Shown: piece by piece, positions 49,271 through 59,400 of the stretch
Position numbering within the stretch: the first letter of the stretch is position 1
How the letters are laid out: each line of letters opens with the position of its first letter
Program-made: the position numbers and the translations under genes
Notes under the pieces: generated by a model
The model's input: only the letters and a program-made list of their open reading frames with translations
The model's database searches: none
Told to the model about the DNA's origin: nothing
From: Azolla caroliniana
Lineage: Eukaryota > Plantae > Polypodiophyta
Assembly: GCA_043228905.1 (NCBI GenBank)
Contig: JBHGNT010000001.1
Coordinates: forward strand, 32,178,001-32,242,000
Direction: 5' to 3'
DNA length: 64,000 nt

Positions 49271-51397
49271 ATGAGGGGGTCGGATCTCGCAGAGGCCATG
49301 GCTTCGGCCGTGGATCGGATTGTAAACGCGCGCGAGAGCACCGGTGCCCTCGACAGAGCTATTGAGGCGGTCGTCGGTACGATCGGCCGGTTCGATGGGA
49401 AGGATGCCACGAAGTATTTGGCGTCCTACGGTGCAGAGATGCTGATGCGGGACATTCCGGAAGGAAGGCGTCTTGCCGGATTTCCCCGAGTGGCGATGCC
49501 GAGCATCCATGCGGAGGTGCTCGAGGTGCGGGCGGAGAGCCGTACCTGGGAGGAGTTCGAAGGTCGGCTCCTAGAGAAATACGGGCTGGACGACGCGCTC
49601 CGGCTTTCGAAGCGAAGGTTCATGGAATGGGTGGAGTCCCCGGGGAAGGGAAGAAACGCGTCGGCACTCCTCCGGGAGTTCGAGGAAAACTTTGCGCGCC
49701 TTTCGGCGCTCGACCGAACCATCCTGGACACGAGCCGGGTCTTGCTGTTTGTCAAGTCGGTCGACGAACGGGATCGGGAGCAAGTGGGCCTCTTGCTGGA
49801 AACCGAAGACGGGCTCACTACCGACTGGGCGGCTGTCAAGAAGGTCTGTGGCCGTTTCGACAAACGGCGAGAATGGGCGGATAACGGGGTAACCGGGTCG
49901 GGCTCGGTCGCAGCAAGGAAGTTCGAACCAGCGCCACAGGTGCGAAAGGAAGAGACCCGAGAGTGGTTGGAAACCGGTTCGGCTTCGACCGGCGTAGTCA
50001 GAGGCTCAACCGGAGGAGCGGCGCTGGAGGAATTGACGAGGGCGGTAAAGGACCTCCAAATCGCGCAAGCCCGAAGGGAAGGTGGCGAACCGGCTCGTGA
50101 CCGACGGCCGGCGGCAGGAAACAGGTGCATGTGGTGCGATGAAGTCGGCCACATTCGGAAGGACTGCGGCGACTTCGCGGAGGCGCTGAGGGACAGGGTG
50201 GTGTACCTGTGGGAAGGACGGGTGCATGCCAGCGACACCCGAAGGGCCCTGAGCCGAAACGACGGAAAAGGTGGTATGAAAAGGTTGATGGAAGAGGCGG
50301 CGGCCCGACACGCGGAAACCGTCCACTACTCGGCGTCGGCCGGCATTCGAGTCGGGGGCGGCGAGGCCCGAAGGGAAAGCAAAGCCGGATTCTGGCCGAC
50401 GATGCTGGAAGGCCTTGCCGGTGCAAGGCTTAAAGGGGAGGAATCGGACCGTGCGGAGAAACGGGTACGGGAGATGACCGGGTGGAGCGACCCGGTCGAG
50501 GAACGGACGGGCTTCGTGGAAGCCGCTTGCCAGAACTACGAGGCTCTGGTAGAAGAGAAGCGGGTGGGGAAACCCGGGACGACCGGGCCCTCACAACGAT
50601 ACGAGACCCGGTCCGGGCCACGACGGGACGAATCCGGCGGGGCCGGCACGCAAGATAAACCCCAGAAGGGCGGGTACCGTCTGGGGACGGAGATAGAAAG
50701 GACCACGGACTTACGGAAGGTCCTGGAGGAACGGATCCTCGACAGCAAGGTGGAGCTGTCGTTACGAGAGGTGCTGGGAATCGCCAAGAAGGAGTTCCAC
50801 GACTCCATCGTGGACTTGGTGAAACGGAAGAGGCTGTCGACGGAGACAGAACCGGAAAGACCGGTGGAAGTGCGGACGACGCACCTAGACGACATGGCGC
50901 TGGGAGACGAGTGGGCGGAAAGCCACTATTCGAGGCCACACTGGGCCCGAGCGACCACGGAAACCCCGGTGAAGATCGGCGATGTCCAGGAACCGGTGAC
51001 AGCTTTGGTGGACCACGGATCGGAGATCAATTTGATGTCCATGGACTTCTATAAGAAGGGCAAATGGCCGATCAACACCAAGCACGGGTGGAAAATAAGG
51101 GCAGCAACGCGCGCCACCGAGGAACTGCACGGGGCCTGTCCGAATGTGCGAGTCAAGATTGGCGACGTCGAGATTGACCAGCACTTCTTCGTGCAGGAGA
51201 CGTCTTCGCATCCGGTCATTCTGGGAGAGCCGTACATCACGGCGGCGCGAATGGAGACCAAAGTGCTGGACAATGGTTCGGCCTACGCGAGAGTCAAAAG
51301 CCAAGACGGGCGCCATTCGGTCCAGTTTCTGACGGTAAGGCCGAACCACGAACGTAACCGCGATTCCCTCGGTTCCGAAACCCGAGAGGATTTTTAG
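49271..51397 (+). CDS. gag: Element A Gag-protease ORF
   Basis: First ATG after the PBS. CCHC knuckle CMWCDEVGHIRKDC; retropepsin ALVDHGSEINLM ... VILGEPY; ends EDF-TAG. Confidence 0.9.
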   Translation: MRGSDLAEAMASAVDRIVNARESTGALDRAIEAVVGTIGRFDGKDATKYLASYGAEMLMRDIPEGRRLAGFPRVAMPSIHAEVLEVRAESRTWEEFEGRLLEKYGLDDALRLSKRRFMEWVESPGKGRNASALLREFEENFARLSALDRTILDTSRVLLFVKSVDERDREQVGLLLETEDGLTTDWAAVKKVCGRFDKRREWADNGVTGSGSVAARKFEPAPQVRKEETREWLETGSASTGVVRGSTGGAALEELTRAVKDLQIAQARREGGEPARDRRPAAGNRCMWCDEVGHIRKDCGDFAEALRDRVVYLWEGRVHASDTRRALSRNDGKGGMKRLMEEAAARHAETVHYSASAGIRVGGGEARRESKAGFWPTMLEGLAGARLKGEESDRAEKRVREMTGWSDPVEERTGFVEAACQNYEALVEEKRVGKPGTTGPSQRYETRSGPRRDESGGAGTQDKPQKGGYRLGTEIERTTDLRKVLEERILDSKVELSLREVLGIAKKEFHDSIVDLVKRKRLSTETEPERPVEVRTTHLDDMALGDEWAESHYSRPHWARATTETPVKIGDVQEPVTALVDHGSEINLMSMDFYKKGKWPINTKHGWKIRAATRATEELHGACPNVRVKIGDVEIDQHFFVQETSSHPVILGEPYITAARMETKVLDNGSAYARVKSQDGRHSVQFLTVRPNHERNRDSLGSETREDF

Positions 51398-51453
51398 AGA
51401 GGACTGCCAAGGCGTGGGGCCGCGACAGTCCGGATGCTCCGGGAAAACCCCAC
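51388..51453 (+). promoter_or_regulatory. Candidate programmed -1 ribosomal frameshift signal
   Basis: G GAT TTT in the gag frame directly before TAG, a 6-nt spacer, stem GGACTG/CAGTCC, and loop GTGGGG complementary to downstream CCCCAC. The -1 frame is open from here into pol. Confidence 0.8.
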
Positions 51454-54400
51454 ATCTGTACGATAAAACCGTGTACAATAGGTAGGAAATTTTGCTTCTC
51501 CGACAGCGGAGCATGTACGATGGTCGGCATCACCGGCCGAGAGAAAACAAAGACGGAGGGGAGACTTCGGGCGTGCGGAGTTCTCGGCTCTGACGAAGGA
51601 ATCAACGGAGCCGTGGAGGCAGTCTCTTTCGACGACACCTTGGGAATGCTGGGGAAGGTAGTCGAAGAAGACCTTAACGAAGACCGGACGATACCGGTAT
51701 GTTCCGAAGAAATGTACGAAGTCATCGCGGACTTCGGTCGAGGGCTCGAGTCGGAACGGACGGCCCGGGTGAGCACCAAGTACAAGACGGTGGACCGGAA
51801 GGTGAGGCCAGTTGCGGCGCCCTTACCGGAGGGCAGTGAATCCCGGATTAAAGGGGTTGCATCGGACCCCAGCTTACGAGATCGGGCCTGCATAGGACAC
51901 ACCTTCACCAACGAGACGCTCCGCGAGCTGAAGATCGGTGGGGGCGGGTTCCTACTGCCGGCGGAGGAAGACCGGTTCCGGAGAATGCTCGGAAGGCACG
52001 GGAAAGCCTTCGCATTCTCGCCGGAGGAAATCGGGTGCGTGGACCCGACGATCGTAGAGCCGATGGTGATATTCACGGTACCGCATGTACCGTGGAATCT
52101 CAAGCCAATTTCGGTTCCGAGAGCTCACATCCCGAAGTTGATGGAGCTGTTGAAGCAGAAAGTTGATATGGGCATTCTCGAGCCGTCGAGCGCCCCGTAT
52201 TCAAACCGCTGGTTTACCGTACCAAAGAAAAACGGATCATTGCGCTTCATTCAGGACCTGCAGCCGGTCAATAGAGTGACCATTCGGAACGCGGGGATCG
52301 GACCGACCATAGACGAGTTCGCGGAGGCCTTCGCCGGAAGGTCGATTTACTCGGTCGGTGATCTATACTCAGGGTATGACCAGTTCCAGCTAGCCGTGGA
52401 GAGCAGAGACATTACGACGATGCGAACTCCCCTCGGCCTAGTGCGGATGTGTACGCTGCCGCAAGGAGGGACCAACTCGGTGGCCCACATGGTGAATGCG
52501 ATGAACAAGGTGCTGAGGGACTGCATCCCGAACATCACCATGCCGTTTCTAGACGACATCCCGATCAAGGGATGCCCGGTAGAAGAGAAGGACGAGACGA
52601 TCGGGCCGGACGGATGCCGGCGATTCGTGACGGCGCACATCGACGACTGCGAGAAGGTGCTGCAAAGGCTAGAGGAGGCGAGGCTCACCTTCTCGGGGGA
52701 GAAATCAGCCTTCGGGCAGTCGGAAATCATGGTGGTCGGACACTTATGTGGGCCATATGGCCGGAAACCGTCTCCGGCAAAGGTAGAAGCCATCTCCGCG
52801 ATGAAGCCCGACTGCAGCTCGGTCACGGAAGTGCGAAGATTCCTGGGGGCATGCGCATTCTACCACATATGGATCCCGCATTACGCCCACGTTGCGGAGC
52901 CGCTATACGGATTACTGAGGAAAGGGCGAAGATTCGAATGGCTAGACAAGCACACGGAGTCGGTCCGGAAGCTGAAGGAGGCTCTTTCGGCAGCACCGGC
53001 GCTCCGAAAGGCCGTCTACAGGAAGGGCACCCCAGTGTACATAACGGTTGACACGAGTCCGACCGGAATCGGGTGGGTCGTCAACCAAGAAGACGAGGAC
53101 GGCAATCGGTTCCCGATCCGATTCGGTGCGAAGGTCCTCAGCGAACGGCAGCGAGGATACGCCCAGGTTAAACGCGAACTCTGGGGTATCGTTTCGGCGG
53201 TGAAGGCCGACAAGGACTATCTGATCGGGACGGAGGTAATCATAGAGACGGATTGCATGCCGATTCTCGGCATGATTTCCGGATGCGCGACGCCGGACCT
53301 GGCAATGCTCAGGTGGATAGCGTATATCAAGTCCCTAGACCCGGTAATACGACACATTTCCGGGAAAGACAACGCCATGGCCGACATGCTTTCAAGGGCG
53401 AGATTCGATGACGAGGGCGGCATGGTTTCGGAGGACGAAGACGTCGGCGTGGACTTCTTCGAGACTGCGTATGTAACAACAGACGGAACAAGCACTCCGG
53501 CGCTTAACGACTTCGACGCGAGCAAGTACGACGGGGAGTGGCTGCAGATCGGTGGGTTTCTGAAGACAATGACGCCCGATGCGTCATGGACGAAGGACGA
53601 GGCCGACCGGATCCGGAAGAAAGCGTACCGGTTCTTTCTCCGGGATAGCTGTCTATGGAAGCACCCGAAGAAGAAGGACGGCGTTCCGCTCCGGGTGGTG
53701 GCGATGAAGGAAGAACAGGAGGAGCTGCTGACGGCCTACCACGACAGCCCTTGGGCTGGACACCGTGGAACATGGGCTACGTTTGAGAAACTGAAGGGGA
53801 AGTATTGGTGGCCGGGGCAGTACCAGGACGTGCATCGGTTCGTGACAACTTGCGAGAGCTGTCAGATGCACTCCACAGTCCGACATCGGGACGAGCTTCA
53901 CCCCACGTACCCTCCGACCATCCACTTCAAATGGATGGTAGATCTGGTGACGATGCCAATGGGAGTAGGACAGATGCGGTACCTGGTCCTAGCGCGGGAG
54001 GATCTGACGAACCAGGTGGAAGGCCGGGCCCTTCCGAACAAAACAACCGCGGCCGTATGCCGGTTCCTAGTCGAGGACGTGATATGCCGGTATGGGTGCG
54101 TCGGAAAGATCGTGGCTGACCGAGGGGAGTTGGACGCCGAAGAAGCCGCGGAGCTGTTCGACCGGCTGGGAGTCAAGCTCTCGCTCACCACTGCGTACAA
54201 TCCGGAGGCGAATGGAAAGGTGGAGCGCGGACACGGACCGATCGTCAAGGCGTTGGTTCGGGCATGCAGAGGCCGAGTCGGTAACTGGCCGCGGCTGCTA
54301 CCTTATGCTTTGTGGGCGGACCGGACCACGCACAGTTCGGTAACCGGGTACATGCCGACGGAGCTCATGTTCGGCCAGAAGCCGATCATGCCGATGGAAC

Positions 54401-54876
54401 GGACGATCTCCTCGTGGGCAACGGTCGACTGGAGGGACGAGATGAGCCGGGAGGAGTTGTTGGCCGCGCGCATACGACAGCTCGAGCGGAGACCGGAGGA
54501 CGTGGAACTGGCTGCGGAGAAGCTCCGAGTGGCGAGGAGAAAGAACAAAGCCAGGTTCGACCGAACGCACCGGCTCCGACCGAAGAAAATCGAAGAAGGT
54601 GACTGGGTGCTCGTCTACGATAGCAGCCTCGACAACCAGCACCGAGCTACACGGAAGTTCGCACGAAGGTGGTTCGGGCCTTACGTGGTACGGAGCGCCA
54701 ATGACAACGGGACATACCACCTGGCGGAACTCGACGGCACGAGAATGACGATACCGGTTGCAGGGAAACGGATCAAAGCGTTCAAGAAGCGACACGACGA
54801 CGAGCCAGACCCGGCTCTCCTGGTCGGCAGTGACGAACGATCCGAAAACGAGGAAGAACCGACGGGCGAGGAATGA
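51391..54876 (+). CDS. pol: Element A Pol (RT, RNase H, integrase), -1 frame relative to gag
   Basis: Uninterrupted frame with RT (DLYSGYDQ, LPQG, FLDDI), RNase H (VDTS, RELWG, ETDC, MADMLSR) and integrase (YHD...GH...CESC, VDL, ADRG, VERGH, WFGPY). No chromodomain. The ATG at 51520 is probably not the real start. Confidence 0.93.
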   Translation, partial: FLERTAKAWGRDSPDAPGKPHICTIKPCTIGRKFCFSDSGACTMVGITGREKTKTEGRLRACGVLGSDEGINGAVEAVSFDDTLGMLGKVVEEDLNEDRTIPVCSEEMYEVIADFGRGLESERTARVSTKYKTVDRKVRPVAAPLPEGSESRIKGVASDPSLRDRACIGHTFTNETLRELKIGGGGFLLPAEEDRFRRMLGRHGKAFAFSPEEIGCVDPTIVEPMVIFTVPHVPWNLKPISVPRAHIPKLMELLKQKVDMGILEPSSAPYSNRWFTVPKKNGSLRFIQDLQPVNRVTIRNAGIGPTIDEFAEAFAGRSIYSVGDLYSGYDQFQLAVESRDITTMRTPLGLVRMCTLPQGGTNSVAHMVNAMNKVLRDCIPNITMPFLDDIPIKGCPVEEKDETIGPDGCRRFVTAHIDDCEKVLQRLEEARLTFSGEKSAFGQSEIMVVGHLCGPYGRKPSPAKVEAISAMKPDCSSVTEVRRFLGACAFYHIWIPHYAHVAEPLYGLLRKGRRFEWLDKHTESVRKLKEALSAAPALRKAVYRKGTPVYITVDTSPTGIGWVVNQEDEDGNRFPIRFGAKVLSERQRGYAQVKRELWGIVSAVKADKDYLIGTEVIIETDCMPILGMISGCATPDLAMLRWIAYIKSLDPVIRHISGKDNAMADMLSRARFDDEGGMVSEDEDVGVDFFETAYVTTDGTSTPALNDFDASKYDGEWLQIGGFLKTMTPDASWTKDEADRIRKKAYRFFLRDSCLWKHPKKKDGVPLRVVAMKEEQEELLTAYHDSPWAGHRGTWATFEKLKGKYWWPGQYQDVHRFVTTCESCQMHSTVRHRDELHPTYPPTIHFKWMVDLVTMPMGVGQMRYLVLAREDLTNQVEGRALPNKTTAAVCRFLVEDVICRYGCVGKIVADRGELDAEEAAELFDRLGVKLSLTTAYNPEANGKVERGHGPIVKALVRACRGRVGNWPRLLPYALWADRTTHSSVTGYMPTELMFGQKPIMPMERTISSWATVDWRDEMSREELLAARIRQLERRPEDVELAAEKLRVARRKNKARFDRTHRLRPKKIEEGDWVLVYDSSLDNQHRATRKFARRWFGPYVVRSANDNGTYHLAELDGTRMTIPVAGKRIKAFKKRHDDEPDPALLVGSDERSENEEEPTGEE

Positions 54877-54947
54877 AGACGGGCCGGTTTTCTCCGTCCC
54901 AACTCTCTTGGCGCATACCGGAGGATGCGCGGTTAGGTGGGGGCGGA

Positions 54948-55737
54948 TGTCGTGAAGAAAACCGTCCATAGGCGGAATCGGCGCACCAAGGCGTGGGAAC
55001 CGGTTCTTCACGCGCGCACGCTCCAAGTAGTACATAGAAGCGAATTAGGAGGATAATCGGCAGGAACGGGCCCTAACTCAAGTGGAGACAAAGACCGCGC
55101 GAACAGTCTTTTCGGTCGCGCGCGCGAACTGTACGAGTCGGCGGCGTAACTACGCGGATGCGTGAAAAACGGAGCGGATCCCTGTCCAAAAGGGACAGGG
55201 AATAAAGCTGACAGGACGGCCTGCTCGTCGGCCTATATAAGGAGCGGGAAAGAGCTGTTGCAGGGATATCTCGCGCAGAGAGGACGAAGTGCTGCCGGAC
55301 CGTTTCTGGACGCTTCGCTCTCTGTTTCCTTCCGTCTTGAGCTCCATAGCTTTCCGTGCAGGGTTCCGAGGAGGCTCGCGCTGTTTTCGAGGAACGCCCG
55401 AGTGCTTCCGGCAGCACCTCCGACCAGCTACAGCCCCTTTGAGCGTCGAAGTGAACAGGCATCGGCATCTGTTCGCCGGCCTGTTCGGTCGTAACCAACC
55501 TGTGCCCCGTCGAGGGTTGTAGTCGTGTTAGCCGTTTTTCTTAATATACACATTTAGCCATTCGCATCTGTCTGTGTCGGTGTCTGTTCGTGTTCTCCGT
55601 GCTGAAGGGCCGTGTCCCTGTGTACCCCCGGTCCTGCGTAGCCGGTTCTCTCTCTTTCCCCTCCCTCGCTTGCTCTTTGGTTCGAGACCCCCGCGGTCCC
55701 GCCTCGATTCCACACGCACTTGCATAATATCCCGACA
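54948..55737 (+). repeat. Element A 3' LTR
   Basis: Preceded by GGTTAGGTGGGGGCGGA (PPT-like). No difference from the 5' LTR found by eye. Confidence 0.97.
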
Positions 55738-55741
55738 GCGT

Positions 55742-56099
55742 ACACATTTATTATTCCAATGATACGTTGTTGCCATCTGATTGTCACATAGATGGCACGT
55801 CCCTCCACGATGGTGCCTTGGCCCACAACAATTATATCTGGATTATTCTTAATAGATGTACAAACACCCCCTTTTCTACCATGCTCACCTTGCGCTGGGG
55901 ACCAAATAGTATGCCAATCCCCCGCTAGAGGATTGCCAATACTCGAGATTCTGTTCGCACTCAAATGGTGCTCTTGCAAGAGCAAAATGTTTGGGATCCC
56001 CCTAAAGCTAGGGGATTTGAACTCTTGGCGGAGGTTCTTCCTCTCCAACATACATTTGCTACCGCCTAGACCTTGTATGTTCCACGTGATTAATTTCAT
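55742..56099 (-). pseudogene. LINE ORF2 N-terminus (endonuclease N-half)
   Basis: MKLITWNIQGLGG...NILLLQEHHL...RKGGVCT...GRAIYV...IINVY, ending at the element A insertion site. Confidence 0.92.
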
Positions 56100-56461
56100 G
56101 AGAACAATTGTGAGGTCTCCCAAGCCGGACATAGTCCCTCCCCACGAGCCCATGCCCAACCTCCCGACTTGATCCTCTCCCATCCTAAAACAACATCTTG
56201 TCTTGTAGCTTCAGCCATTTCCTCCTCATGGAAGTGCAACACCTCATCAAGAGGGTCTATCATCTCCTCTAGGCATAGTAAAATCTGTTTTTTAATGCAA
56301 GAATTATGAAAACTCCCACATATCATTCCAGCATTCAGCCACATCAACCTCCAATTATCTCCATTCCAATTGATAGGTAGGCTGCGAAAGTATTTGTGTG
56401 CCTTGACTTCTATAAAGTTGGAGATCCGTGGCATGCTACTAGTTGTAACCTCTAGGTCTGT
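56096..56461 (-). pseudogene. Probable 3' end of LINE ORF1
   Basis: Open frame whose TGA overlaps the ORF2 ATG. It is cut upstream by element B's LTR. No recognisable domain. Confidence 0.6.
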
Positions 56462-59400
56462 TGTTACCGGCCGGCAAGGAGTCCAAATTACGGAGTGAAG
56501 GAATTAATTAGATATGGTTGTAGATAAGCATAGTGTGGACGGACGGACTGGAAACGGTATGCCGTTCCAGATCCGGACGGATCCCGAATAGGTGCGAGAG
56601 GCACCGTTTTGTACTACGGGCCGGAAACCTATTTAAAGGCCCGGACCCTATTGTAATGACAGCGGATAATTAGTAGAGCTTATGTTGTTTATACTTCTGT
56701 CTTGATTTCCGTTCTGTAATCACTGTTATATCTTACGCGTGTAATTAACCAAAGCAATCTAATAGTGTAACCTACGTAAGTCGGTGTAATCGTTGAATCT
56801 TAATCCTATGCCGTAATCACCCTTTGGTGAAGTGTCTCCGTGACACCTTGTGTTAGGCCTTGTCCGGCTAAGAGAGTAACACAGTTTTGGCGACCACGAT
56901 TCCTGCTTTCTCGCAGCGAACGACGGTAATGGATGACTAGACCAACGCACGACTTGGTTACAGACCGAGCTCGACGCATCGCCGAACGGCAAAGACGGCG
57001 TGAGACTTTCCAGCAAGCAGCGCAGGAAATTCGCTCGGATCGTTCGTTCTCCAACGAGATCCGGAGAGTCGCGGAGGAATCTCTCCGGTTACGGCAAACT
57101 CGCGACCAGGACGACGGAAGCAGTCTAAGTAGTCTCCGGGAAACCGAACGACTCCTGGAGGCGCTGGCAAGCGGAGAAAACGAGGCAGAAGCCTTTTCAG
57201 CCTACGAATCGGATTCCGAAGGGGGATACAGCGTGCACACGAACTACCGGAGCAGCAACGATACCCCCGGCGGCCCGGAAGACGACGGGTCGGATACCGT
57301 GCCGACTCCAGAACCGGAACCGCTCAACCAGGGCTATCCGGAATCGCAAACGGAAGCCGTCAACCCACCAACACCGGAAGTGGAAGAAGCAAAGCCACTA
57401 ACACCAACGAAAGAGCCGGCAAAGGTACCGGAAGAAGAGCCGGAAAAAGGACCGGCAGAAGAACCGGAAGTGGAACCGGAGAAAGAACCGGAAAAATATC
57501 AACAAACGCCACTAAACCGCGGCTTAATACTGGACGACGACATGCCGTTCCAATACTCAAAGTACCGCGATGATCCGGATGCGGAAGCGCATGTGGATGA
57601 CTTCGAGCAGACATGGGAAGCAAATCACACGTCCCAGCGAATGACACCGGAGGAAGAAGAACGCTCGAAGATAGCGGAATTCGGAGTCACGTTGGAGGGA
57701 CCAGCGACACGATGGCGGCGGTCGCAGGACCCGGCGACCATCACAACATTTGCAGAATTAAAAGCAAAATTCTTGCATTTTTTCCACAAGGAGGTCGACC
57801 AGACGACAATGGTGGGCTTGTTTTATACGATCCGGCAGGAGGCAGGGGAAAGCATACCCCAATTCGTCATCCGTTTCCAACGAATGCATAGCCAGCTTGC
57901 CCGTGCACCCCCGGAGGAGGAATTACGGACGATATTTTTAAACGCACTCCGGGAACCGTTACGCACGGTGTGTACGGTGATCGACTTTCGAGGATGCACC
58001 ATCGATCAGGTCATTGACCGGGTCAGAGAAATGGAAAAGACAAGCTCATGGCTTACGCTGGGAACACTGCAACGGGCGTTACCCACCGAGGAAGATCTCC
58101 GGTTCCGGCAGGCAATTCAATGCACAATCTGCTTGAATGCCGGACACTCGGCAGTAGAGTGCACCATGCGCACTCAGTGTGTGATTTGTCAATCCAAGAG
58201 TCATACAACGGACCGGTGCGAGTATAACCTGTTAAACCGACAAGCACCACCCATCCGACGGATCGAGCCAAGAAACAGCCAAGACGAAGAGGAAGATCGT
58301 TGGCAAAAAATGAACCGGTACCGACCGGCACAGGATGTCCGGTACGGAGACAGGCAAGAGAATGATGGCCGGTACGGGAATCGGCGTGATAACTACGACC
58401 GGTATGAGCGATCGGACCGTTATCGAGAGCCCAACAGGCGACACGAGCAATACGACAGAGACCATTCCCCTGGTTACCGAAGGCACCAGGAGGACTACGG
58501 CCGATTTTACGATCCACCACGACCGGACTACCGAAATAAACATAAGAATAATAAGAAACGTAATTTCAAGAAAGGTGGTCACCCTAGGGACCCGGAACAT
58601 GGAACCCCAAGGAGCCAACCGGCACAGAACGCACCACTCGCTACGGGACCGACTCCGGCTACCAGCAATGCTGAATCCAGCAATACCCGTAAAGAGTACT
58701 GCTACTACTGCAGGCAGGAAGGCCACTACAGTAACCAGTGCCCGGTAAAGAGCTACGAGAAACGACCAGCAGTTAATATGGTGGTGGCGGATTTACAGCA
58801 AGTAACCACACGGTCGAAAGGCATGGCCAAAGAATGGGAAACACAAGAGGCCATACGAAAACAGGCGACGGAATGGGTGAAGGAAGCCAATGAAAGAAAC
58901 GTCGCGGACGCGGAACGGCAAAAGGCGAAGACCATAGGGAGTACCGGCGGTAGCCACCCAGAAAACGAGACATGGCAAGCACTACAAGAATGTCAGATCA
59001 CGTTACCACTAGGAAGACTCTTGCAGCTCGTGCCGCGATTCACAGAAGGACTAAAAACGGTCATGACAGACGGTATAGCTCCACCGGCACCAGTCCTTTT
59101 CTCGAATCCGGAGGAGGGACCGACGGTGGTGGACACTAGTAGTCCGGTGATCACAGCTATTGTCAAAGGGCACGAACTTCCCGGCACAGTAATCGATGGA
59201 GGTTCCGGAGTGAACGTAATAAGCCTTCGCACGTGTGATGCCTTGGGTATACATGAATGGGAGCCATGTCCGTCTGGCTACGGATGGCGGATACGAGCTC
59301 TGTACGGCCGACGGGCTTAATACGGAAATTGGAAGTCACCATAGGAGGCCACACATTTCACATCTCGGCTGTAGTGCTGCAGCTACAGGCGCAAGGCGCG

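Larger units (their letters stand above)
48438..55737 (+). mobile_element. Full-length Ty3/gypsy LTR retrotransposon (element A, 7300 bp)
   Basis: Two 790-bp LTRs TGTCG...CGACA, 4-bp TSD GCGT (48434-48437, 55738-55741), PBS, purine-rich tract before the 3' LTR, and domain order gag-PR / RT-RH-INT. Confidence 0.97.
44292..56461 (-). mobile_element. L1-type LINE retrotransposon, interrupted by LTR element A and cut in ORF1 by LTR element B
   Basis: Putative ORF1 tail 56461-56096. ORF2 runs 56099-55742 plus 48437-44503, with APE endonuclease (LITWNIQG, LLQEHH, NVYAPN, LAGDFN, SRIDR, SDH), RT (WRPITLLN, LDFEKAYDRV, RQGCPLAP, YADD, YLG) and zf-RVT (CKSC...ESIHHCFWNC). A (TAAA)n tail sits at 44292-44310. 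Confidence 0.93.

Noticed and set aside
49426-55035. Long antisense and alternate-frame ORFs in element A (270, 209, 269, 245 aa)
   Set aside because: They shadow the GC-rich gag/pol frames, have no recognisable motifs, and are expected when stop codons are scarce.
59255-59290. Frame change in element B as a programmed frameshift
   Set aside because: It falls inside the protease domain with no slippery heptamer. One added base would restore EPCP(F)WLRMAD, so a deletion or sequencing error is more likely.
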